The notes beneath the pieces are model-generated. The model searched no databases and was not told the origin of the DNA. It worked only from the letters and a program-made list of their open reading frames with translations. Shown piece after piece: positions 1-7,754 of a stretch of 25,583 nucleotides of DNA. Within the stretch, counting starts at the first letter, position 1. Each line of letters opens with the position of its first letter. Source of the stretch: a virus (Duplodnaviria > Caudoviricetes). The stretch is from IMG/VR virus record IMGVR_UViG_3300025387_000066, positions 1-25,583 of that record; one strand, 5' to 3'. Both the position numbers and the translations under genes were made by a program.

Positions 1-3000
1 AACTTGCCTTAAAGGTCCAGTTTGTTGATTTGTTTGTTGAGCATCAGATTGTATTTCTTCAATAACAGCAGAATTAGGTTTTGTTTGTAACATTGATTGA
101 GATAAATTTTCACCAGGTTTATCTGCATTTAATATGGATGCTCCATCGGGGGTCATTGTACCCCGAAAATGACCTATGCCGTTATTAAAATTGCTGAAAT
201 GTTTATATAATTTATCATAATTGGGATGTGAAACGCCCATTTCAAAATAATTTTCCCGCAAAGATGGATTGTCTTTATCGAAAACTAATCTTTGAACATT
301 TCGATATTTAGGTCTTTTGATAACATTTGAATTACCAAACTGATCATTTAAGTGATCAATTTGTTCATTGTGCATATTAGTTAAATTATTTCTTGCTTGA
401 TTTAATTTGCTATTATATTGAGCAAAAAATTCAGGATATTGTTCTGGATATCTAATCACAGCAGCAGTTGTTTGCGTATTAAAATCATCGGACATTCTTC
501 TCAATTGTCTAAAATTATTTATTCCATACCAATGAGATAAAAAATATTTTACTTGAACTGGCAAAGTTATAAATTCATTTGCAGAATTTTGTGCAAGATT
601 AAATCTATCTATCATATCAGGTGTTTTAATACTATCGTCAATATAATCTCGTGATGATAATTCATTTAACAATTTATTATAAAATGAATGTCCTGCATCT
701 TTTAATACTTTAGAAGCTACAAATTGTGGCAAATTTTCATATTGGCTATTAAAATAATCATCTATATCGCCTTTAGCCTGATCATAATTTTGCATATCAA
801 GCGGTTCTTTATTATATTGTGATGCAGGCATATTATTGGCAAAATCATCTTTGCTCACTGTTGGCTTGTCAGCGAACTGAGATTTAATTTCTTCTAAACT
901 ATCAGGTGTAAATCCTTGCTTACCTTTAAGCTGATTTATAAAACTATCCACAGTTTGAACATCTGGGCCTTTTAAATCTTCCGCCTTTACGGATGGGCGT
1001 AAATTTAAATTACCTTCAGGATCAATTTGGCTGTAAGAAGTTTTTGATGTTTCAGGAATATTTGTCGTTGGTAAAGGTTCAGGTTCTTCAGGTATTTTAC
1101 TTAATGCTTTATCAACAATAGGAGTATTATTAATGATAGGCGCTTCTTCTTTAACTGCTGGAATATCTCCAGTTCTGCCTGTTTCAATTAATGCACTTTG
1201 CCCTAATGAATTTAAATCACGTTGCAGTTTATTTACATCTGTTTCATCAGCGCCTGTCGCTTCACCATAAGTTCCAGCTATTGCACCTGATGTTCCACCC
1301 ACAAGAGCATTAATTCCCCTGCCAGCCAAAGATATTGGCGTAGCCACGGATTGATAAATACCTTGGGCAATATTTAACGGCATTTCTAAATATGGATATT
1401 GTTTAGATATATCATCAATTTTTTGCTGATCTTCTGGATTATAACCTATTGGTTGGCTTCCAAATCCAGCACTTGCACCGCTTTGTATCCGTTCAGATAT
1501 AGGTTGTTTGTATTCCGTAGCACCTTGATCCATTTCTTTTTTGGCATCACTAATTTGCTGTAATGCCGTATCTAAGTCAGGATCACCTGTTGGCTGATAA
1601 TCACCAGCAGTTGGTGTATCCGCTGGATCTGTAACAGTGCCGTCTGTGGCGTAAGCTTTACGCAAAGCATGATTAATCATCCCGCCAGATGATACACTAA
1701 ATGCTTGATTAACAACAGATCCTCCAGAAGCAAAACGCTTGGAATATTCAATTCCACCAGTAAAGTTATGTGTTTTTGGAGTATAATTTCCAAACAAGTT
1801 TAAATTGCTGTCAGCATTGTTTTTGCCAAATGTAGCACCATACATTCTTCCAGATGGTGTATCACCAAATTGAGCATTGCTACTTATGTCGCTGTCATTA
1901 TAGCCAAAAGATGCGATATTAGATGAACCCGATTGAGAATTGCTCAATGGCGTTTGTCGTGTAAATGATGTGTTGAATTTTGGCGATAATTGTGCGCCCA
2001 ATGTAGTATTAAACATTGGATAAAGAGAAGCACCAGAACTTTGTTCTATTGGATTAACAGACCCAAATGATGCAGACAAATTGCCGTCAGACAGAGTAGC
2101 GTTTGTGTTATATTGATTTAAATTACCGCTAAATAAATCTTCTTTAGGCATTGAATTAGCTGTTAAAAGAGCATCACGAACAATTTTATCTTGATTAGAT
2201 AAATCTGCTTCTGGTGTTCCACCAGACGCATATCCTTGCCCCATACCTTGGCTGATTGCTTTATTTTGCAATAGTTTGCGTTGTGCGTCTGTTAATCCGC
2301 CAGCCCATGAACCGCCTTGCATACCGACCTTATCACCACCAAGGTCAAGGTGCATAATATCAACAGCTCCATAAGGGCCACCAAACGGATGTGTTTTGCC
2401 TGAAAAATATCCGCCCCAACGCAGCTGATCGTTTAACTCAGGATACATTTGCATTTGGGCTTTGCGAGCCGATTGAGCAAATTGTTCATAAGTTCTGAAG
2501 GCTGGCAAGTTTTGATAATTGTTTAAAACGTTGCCATTGGCATCGGTAATTTGAAAATCAACTGCTTTACCCTGCCCATGAAAACGAGGATCGCCAGCAC
2601 GATAACCAGACGTTAGTTGAACGCTGTAACCCTCTGGCAGGGATTTAGATGCCTCGTTGTAAATATCAATTAAACGTGGATCAACGCCCTTGACATTAAC
2701 GTTTTGTGGCGGAGGAACAGTCGAGCCACCTTGCGGAGCAGATGCAGGCGGCGCTTGAGTTGATGTATCTGTAGTTTCATCGCCTAAATTAGACGGCCTA
2801 ACGGGAGGCAACGGCACATTATTTGGCGTTGGATTGGGGATAACTTCTGGAGGAATAAGTCGTGGATTTGTGTTGCTATCAACGTCAGAATTTCCGTTAA
2901 GTATTTGATTTGAAACAGCTAATGCTTTTTGCAATTGTTGATCAGCACGAAAGAAATCAGCAGAACTATCAGGATTACCCCAATCAATACCATACAAACC

Positions 3001-3489
3001 AATATTTTGTTGGGTACTAGGAACAGGGGTATCTAGATCAATTAAACCGCCATCATAATAACCAACACGCCCACCACGCTTTTGCGTATTGGTTGATGTC
3101 GTTTCATCTTTTTTGGCAGCAGGCTTACCAGCCGCAGGCGTAGGCGTTGGAGCGGGTGTCGATGGCGTAGGAGCCGCAGGGCCAGCCGCCACAGAAGGAG
3201 CCGCCTGTCCAGCAGCAGGGGCTGACAATCCGCTAATATCTGGCTGAACGGAGCTAGGTGTGCCAGGCGTTTGCATCGCCGATGGTTTTGCCACAGAGGG
3301 AGCTATTCCCATCGGCAAAGATGTAGGTAACCCACTGTTATTTAATGAAGATTGACTGGCTGCGTCGCCATAACCTAACAAGCTATTGGCATAAGCAATT
3401 GGATCAGATGTATCACCCCCGTCAGCATAACCACCTCTTGCCATGCGTTTAGCAAGTAAAATGGCATGGAAGATCGGGTCATTTTCCAT
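1..3489 (-). CDS. Large multi-module (polyvalent) putative virion/ejected protein with M15 peptidase domain; 3'-truncated by window edge (>=1163 aa)
   Basis: Hand translation: ATG at 3489 overlaps the portal stop (TAATG) and the frame has no stop down to position 1. It begins MENDPIFHAILLAKRMARGGYADGG and ends ...IEEIQSDAQQTNQQTGPLRQV. It is probably absent from the ORF track because it lacks a stop codon. Confidence 0.92.
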   Translation of the reverse strand, partial: MENDPIFHAILLAKRMARGGYADGGDTSDPIAYANSLLGYGDAASQSSLNNSGLPTSLPMGIAPSVAKPSAMQTPGTPSSVQPDISGLSAPAAGQAAPSVAAGPAAPTPSTPAPTPTPAAGKPAAKKDETTSTNTQKRGGRVGYYDGGLIDLDTPVPSTQQNIGLYGIDWGNPDSSADFFRADQQLQKALAVSNQILNGNSDVDSNTNPRLIPPEVIPNPTPNNVPLPPVRPSNLGDETTDTSTQAPPASAPQGGSTVPPPQNVNVKGVDPRLIDIYNEASKSLPEGYSVQLTSGYRAGDPRFHGQGKAVDFQITDANGNVLNNYQNLPAFRTYEQFAQSARKAQMQMYPELNDQLRWGGYFSGKTHPFGGPYGAVDIMHLDLGGDKVGMQGGSWAGGLTDAQRKLLQNKAISQGMGQGYASGGTPEADLSNQDKIVRDALLTANSMPKEDLFSGNLNQYNTNATLSDGNLSASFGSVNPIEQSSGASLYPMFNTTLGAQLSPKFNTSFTRQTPLSNSQSGSSNIASFGYNDSDISSNAQFGDTPSGRMYGATFGKNNADSNLNLFGNYTPKTHNFTGGIEYSKRFASGGSVVNQAFSVSSGGMINHALRKAYATDGTVTDPADTPTAGDYQPTGDPDLDTALQQISDAKKEMDQGATEYKQPISERIQSGASAGFGSQPIGYNPEDQQKIDDISKQYPYLEMPLNIAQGIYQSVATPISLAGRGINALVGGTSGAIAGTYGEATGADETDVNKLQRDLNSLGQSALIETGRTGDIPAVKEEAPIINNTPIVDKALSKIPEEPEPLPTTNIPETSKTSYSQIDPEGNLNLRPSVKAEDLKGPDVQTVDSFINQLKGKQGFTPDSLEEIKSQFADKPTVSKDDFANNMPASQYNKEPLDMQNYDQAKGDIDDYFNSQYENLPQFVASKVLKDAGHSFYNKLLNELSSRDYIDDSIKTPDMIDRFNLAQNSANEFITLPVQVKYFLSHWYGINNFRQLRRMSDDFNTQTTAAVIRYPEQYPEFFAQYNSKLNQARNNLTNMHNEQIDHLNDQFGNSNVIKRPKYRNVQRLVFDKDNPSLRENYFEMGVSHPNYDKLYKHFSNFNNGIGHFRGTMTPDGASILNADKPGENLSQSMLQTKPNSAVIEEIQSDAQQTNQQTGPLRQV
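2335..2700 (-). other. Peptidase M15 (T5-endolysin-like L-Ala-D-Glu Zn-peptidase) domain inside the large ORF
   Basis: Motifs in the canonical order: GVDPRL, LTSGYR, HGQGKAVD (H-x6-D), LRWGG, DIMHLDL (D-x-x-H). Confidence 0.8.
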
Positions 3490-5795
3490 TACTGCACCGA
3501 GTTAGGCGTCGTTGGTAGCAATGAAGGTTCATTAGCTTCCAAGCGGTTTATCATATCTCCATGTAGCAGATTTTGCATTAGTGGGATAGCTTGTGGATTA
3601 GCAGCCATATCTTCTGCCAACTTAACAGCTGCTAAACGCTCACGGCTTTCACGATCACGCTTTCGGTTAATGGCATCAAGAACGGCATCCTGAGACTTTT
3701 GCTGCATTTCTTGCTGTTCAAGTTGCATCCTTGCCAACTCAACAGGGTCAACTGGCTTTTGCCCATTCTGACCATTTTGAATTTCGTTTTGCATTTGTGC
3801 AGCTTTTGCTTGAGCCATCATTGTCTTAGCATCAGCTTCTTGTTTCTTGATTTGAAGCTCTGCCATAGCCTGCTTCATTTGCGGAGGCATCTGGCCTTGG
3901 GTTTGCGGAGGAGCCATGAACTGCTCAGGGTTGCTCCAGCCAATAGCCTGCATAGCAGCCGTGTCAATCGCAATAGGATCGTACATGGTTGGGTTTTGCT
4001 GTTGCAGTTGTTTCAACGCCATAATCTTCATCAGGCGTTGGCTATGGCTTGATGTATTAGGATCAGCTTGTGGCTGAAGGTCAAAGTTTTCCAAAGCCTG
4101 CAAGAATGTTTGTTCATCCCATTCCATAGCTGGCTTGCGATTGCGTTGCCAGAAGCTCTCTGGATGCTCTTTAAAGCACTCAACAAGCAGGCGAAATTCC
4201 TCTGCCTGAGAAGCGTGCATCCGCTTATGAACGCTGTTTTCAATTTTTGTGGCCTGATCAATCATAGCCAGCGTTGTGCCTACAGCGGCGTCAGCTCGGC
4301 CCTCACCGACTTGCTGTTCAGATGTGCCACCGATGCGCATACCTGTTTGAGCCATATCCTGAACCAAGGCAGCAAGCGTGCTGGATGGCTCTTTATAGGG
4401 CAGGTTCATGATCGCTTGGTTGATCGGCATACCACCAGTTTTAACAAGAGCAGCTCCGCCTGGAGGAATACGAAAGATATTCGTATTCTGTCTAGCTCCC
4501 GTGTCCGCCATAAGGAAACCGGGAAAATTCGCATACATACCTGCGTCAAGAAGCTCACGCCACGCAGCAGTAACTGCATTGGTCGTATTGCCCAATATAT
4601 GCAAAAGTCCAATATCATAAAAACCCATGCCAGGAACGTATGTGTATTTGACGAAGTTTGAACGGGCTTCTGGTAGCTCTTGATCGTCTTCATCATAGTT
4701 CCTCACAATTGATAAAATTTCCTTAGAGGAAACGTCAATCGTCACACGATATGGAATTTCCAGACCGCTTTCTTTACCCTTATACTTATGTTCAAAGCCT
4801 TGGATGTCCAATTCACAATAGCACTCGTAAATTTCACGATCACGATCATCAGGGTTTTTTGTATCCAATTGGATACCCTGCTGATCCATTTTCTGGCGCT
4901 GTACGGCATCCAGCTTGGGCATAGCCGCCTGATGCAAATCAATGTCACGATAAACGCCGAGAATTTGAAGACGCTTAACTGTGCTTGGCTTCATGTACAC
5001 ACGATGTGTAATACGGCGTGCATTACGCAAATCAGTAGCTGCGTTGTTAACGATCAAGTCGTCAGCATCCACAGTTTCAGATACAGGGCGGTTTCTTAAT
5101 GGGCAGAAGTAAATTTTCTTAAAAGCTGTCCCACCAAAACCGAGCATAAGAAGCATACGATCTGTGTCTGGATAATACTCAGACGCCACGCTGGTCAGGT
5201 AATGGTTTAAATCCCGCTCCAGCGCACTCGCAAGCTGGTCCTCCCCCAAATAGGCATTATTATCGTCATTGCGGATTTTAACTGGACCATCCGTAGGAAG
5301 CATTTCACTACGAGCATTAGCCTGAAAACGAAGAACAGCCTCTAGCAATAGTGGGTGTCGGACTTTTGACATACCCTCGACAGGTGCTCCGTCAGATGCC
5401 CCTGCCAGATTAGGAAGCTCTACCTTCAAGCCTAAAAGTTTAATGCCTTGCGCACGATCCTCAATCCACTCTTTACGGCTATCCAAATCGTCTTGAATAC
5501 CCCGTAACAGTTCAGAGCTAATACGATTAAGCTCCAAACTATCAATCTCATCAACCAGATTGTCGAACCACCCCTTCGACGACTTTTGATCGCCTTCTTC
5601 AATTGGTCTGCCGTCCAAGGAGATAGTAATTGACCCATCGCCATGCTCTATCTCCAAAACGTTGCCTTTAGTATCAAAAACTGGCTGGTCGCCGTTTTCA
5701 ACCATTTCAATTACTACATCATCGGCAGAGGGCATTGGCTCTGCTTCAGGAGCTTCTTGGCGTATAGATGGCGTAAGGCCAGGAACTAAAGGCAT
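3489..5795 (-). CDS. Portal protein (P22-like, 768 aa)
   Basis: Size, HPLLLEAVLRFQA...GPVK segment, GFGGTAFKKIY, PGMGFYDIGL, a Q-rich coiled-coil C-terminus, and position downstream of the terminase. Confidence 0.88.
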   Translation of the reverse strand: MPLVPGLTPSIRQEAPEAEPMPSADDVVIEMVENGDQPVFDTKGNVLEIEHGDGSITISLDGRPIEEGDQKSSKGWFDNLVDEIDSLELNRISSELLRGIQDDLDSRKEWIEDRAQGIKLLGLKVELPNLAGASDGAPVEGMSKVRHPLLLEAVLRFQANARSEMLPTDGPVKIRNDDNNAYLGEDQLASALERDLNHYLTSVASEYYPDTDRMLLMLGFGGTAFKKIYFCPLRNRPVSETVDADDLIVNNAATDLRNARRITHRVYMKPSTVKRLQILGVYRDIDLHQAAMPKLDAVQRQKMDQQGIQLDTKNPDDRDREIYECYCELDIQGFEHKYKGKESGLEIPYRVTIDVSSKEILSIVRNYDEDDQELPEARSNFVKYTYVPGMGFYDIGLLHILGNTTNAVTAAWRELLDAGMYANFPGFLMADTGARQNTNIFRIPPGGAALVKTGGMPINQAIMNLPYKEPSSTLAALVQDMAQTGMRIGGTSEQQVGEGRADAAVGTTLAMIDQATKIENSVHKRMHASQAEEFRLLVECFKEHPESFWQRNRKPAMEWDEQTFLQALENFDLQPQADPNTSSHSQRLMKIMALKQLQQQNPTMYDPIAIDTAAMQAIGWSNPEQFMAPPQTQGQMPPQMKQAMAELQIKKQEADAKTMMAQAKAAQMQNEIQNGQNGQKPVDPVELARMQLEQQEMQQKSQDAVLDAINRKRDRESRERLAAVKLAEDMAANPQAIPLMQNLLHGDMINRLEANEPSLLPTTPNSVQ

Positions 5796-5804
5796 GGTAA
5801 AATC

Positions 5805-6017
5805 CTATTCCAAAGGCAGGCGTTCCATCTCATCAACAAAACGCCTAATTCCTTCTTGTGCCGCTAATGTATCAGACTTTGCAGCAATTTCATATATGCG
5901 AACAAAATCATAAGGTTCTTTACCCCAAGTCTCAACTCGGTAAGTAGCTAAACCCTTGTTGCCCATCTTAGGCTCTTTAATAATGTCAACTATTGCTTGA
6001 CAGTTCACCCGTTGCAT
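5805..6017 (-). CDS. Hypothetical protein upstream of portal
   Basis: Track ORF 5805..6050. The ATG at 6017 (MQRVNC) has a GGGG SD-like run and lies just 3' of a structured leader. Confidence 0.65.
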   Translation of the reverse strand: MQRVNCQAIVDIIKEPKMGNKGLATYRVETWGKEPYDFVRIYEIAAKSDTLAAQEGIRRFVDEMERLPLE

Positions 6018-6039
6018 AACGTACCCCAAAATAATTGTC

Positions 6040-6138
6040 CCGTTTGCCATCGTAGGCTAACCACAGTGAACGATGACTGACCTTTTCTGAGCAAAGAGGT
6101 TCTTACTTGTATCCCGCCACGGGAGCAAACAGCGGTTA
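6040..6138 (-). ncRNA. Candidate structured RNA (four-way junction, possible pseudoknot) in the leader of the portal operon
   Basis: Stems at 6040-6047/6125-6132, 6048-6053/6070-6075, 6080-6086/6093-6100 and 6112-6116/6120-6124. G-U wobbles favour the minus strand. Confidence 0.5.
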
Positions 6139-6141
6139 ATA

Positions 6142-6172
6142 TATATAGCACAAACAATCAAAATTAACCAAG
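6142..6172 (-). promoter_or_regulatory. Sigma70-type promoter for portal operon
   Basis: CTTGGT-N18-CTATAT, resembling the alphaproteobacterial CTTGAC-N17/18-CTATAT consensus. Confidence 0.5.
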
Positions 6173-6235
6173 TTATTACCTAAAAACTCTTTGTATTCAA
6201 AGTTTCATGCAATTGTGATATGTAATTTATAGTTT

Positions 6236-7255
6236 GTGGCGGAAACTATCATGATATTATCTTCTGAAGATATAGAACAATTACTCAAAAGGTTCGGTTC
6301 TAAAAACAAAGTAAGCAGGTATTTAGGGTTCCCAGAAAGTACGCTTAGAAGCAAAATTAAATTCAATAGAGAAATCCATGTATCAGACAGCTTGAAAGAG
6401 ATGTGGGCATTGGAAGAAGAAGTTAAGTCGCTCAAGAATGTCATCGAAAACATACAGAAAGCAAAATCCTTAAAGCCAAGGTATATTGCTGGCAGGGAAG
6501 ACGCAACGAGGGTTGTTGCTATTGGCGATATACATGACCAGCCCAATATGGACAAAGAACGATTTACATGGATTGCTCGTCATTGCGCCGAAACCCGACC
6601 ACATAGAATTATACAAATTGGCGACTTCTGCTCATGGGATAGCGTATCAACCCACGAGCCTATTGGCTCACAAGGATATGCTCAACGCCCAAGCTTTAAG
6701 AACGATCTTGAAAGCTGTGAAGAAGCAATGCGAGCTTTCTTAAAAGAAATCAATGGTTTAGATATACACATGGAGCTAATTGCTGGCAACCATGAAGATC
6801 GTATCAACCGATTTGAGAACAAATCACCTGAGACTGCTGGCTCTCTTTATATGCAGTTTGAAGAAATCTGTGCACAATATAGATGGCGTCTGCATGACTA
6901 TGGTCATTGGCTTTTTGTTGATGGCGTTGGCTTTACCCATGTACCCAAAAACATTATGGGCAAACCCTTTGGTGGACAAAACTCTGAAAATTCAATAGCT
7001 AACCACGCAACTCACTCAATTGTGTTTGGACATACTCATCGGGCAACCTTCCGAAAAGCTCCCAAGATTGGCATCAACAACAGCATTGAAGTCCTTAATC
7101 TAGGCTCTGCAATGCCTGATGGCTATGTGGCTAAGTATGCAGGAACGGCTACAAGCGGATGGAGTTATGGTATATTCGATCTATCCATCAAGTCAGGCCA
7201 TATTGTTTCTCATCGTTTTATAAATATGGCTGAACTGAAAGAAAAATACTCATGA
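6236..7255 (+). CDS. Calcineurin-like metallophosphoesterase with N-terminal HTH/coiled coil
   Basis: Motifs GDIHD, IGDFCSWD, GNHEDR, FTH and FGHTH. The N-terminal segment SKNKVSRYLGFPESTLR is HTH-like. Confidence 0.88.
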   Translation: MAETIMILSSEDIEQLLKRFGSKNKVSRYLGFPESTLRSKIKFNREIHVSDSLKEMWALEEEVKSLKNVIENIQKAKSLKPRYIAGREDATRVVAIGDIHDQPNMDKERFTWIARHCAETRPHRIIQIGDFCSWDSVSTHEPIGSQGYAQRPSFKNDLESCEEAMRAFLKEINGLDIHMELIAGNHEDRINRFENKSPETAGSLYMQFEEICAQYRWRLHDYGHWLFVDGVGFTHVPKNIMGKPFGGQNSENSIANHATHSIVFGHTHRATFRKAPKIGINNSIEVLNLGSAMPDGYVAKYAGTATSGWSYGIFDLSIKSGHIVSHRFINMAELKEKYS

Positions 7256-7530
7256 GGTTTGATAAAATGACTTCCGATGCTGTTGAGCTTTGCAAATTAT
7301 TTCGTGTGAAATTTGGCCCTGCTGATGCAGAAAATGAAATGGCTAGAGAATTACTAGAGTTAAATCAATTAATTACCAACCTTGAGCAACGGATTGTCTA
7401 TCTGGAACGGGACAGGCATCGTGCTTACCATCGTGAGAAGCCTCGTCAGCCAATAGCATTGTTCAAGTTTGAAGAAGATAATCCTGTCGAAACCGATGAA
7501 TGGATTGTAACGGGAAGGGAAACCGCATGA
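7252..7530 (+). CDS. Hypothetical protein
   Basis: ATGA overlap with the upstream gene; short coiled coil. Confidence 0.7.
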   Translation: MRFDKMTSDAVELCKLFRVKFGPADAENEMARELLELNQLITNLEQRIVYLERDRHRAYHREKPRQPIALFKFEEDNPVETDEWIVTGRETA

Positions 7531-7754
7531 ATGAAGATGATGAAGACTATGTATATCAAGAGGAAGTCCCGTCCCTTCCTTCTGACCCTATAGCTCAACG
7601 TGGGCTTGCTTTTGTTGTTGTGGCTAAATTTGCAAACACAACGGAAGACGAGACTATGCGTACTTTGTCCATTCTTATGATGAAAAAGATAATCTTATCC
7701 ATCCCTACCAAAAAGATGGGTGTTGTTGTTCCCTTTCAGCAAAAGAATGATTAG
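7527..7754 (+). CDS. Hypothetical protein
   Basis: ATG at 7527 overlaps the upstream TGA (ATGA) and is in frame with track ORF 7500..7754. Confidence 0.7.
   Translation: MNEDDEDYVYQEEVPSLPSDPIAQRGLAFVVVAKFANTTEDETMRTLSILMMKKIILSIPTKKMGVVVPFQQKND

Noticed and set aside
1-3465. ORF-free 3.5 kb suggesting non-coding DNA or a recoded genetic code
   Set aside because: It is a single open minus-strand frame in the standard code that lacks a stop within the window.
3466-5913. Plus-strand and alternate-frame ORFs over the portal
   Set aside because: Shadow ORFs of a long real gene, with no motifs or start signals.
6040-6138. tRNA or hammerhead ribozyme reading of the multi-stem element
   Set aside because: No TTCG T-loop or 7-nt anticodon loop, and no CUGAUGA/GAAA core in the right geometry.
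6205-6998. ORFs 6205..6555 (-), 6486..6743 and 6780..6998
   Set aside because: They overlap the well-supported metallophosphoesterase.
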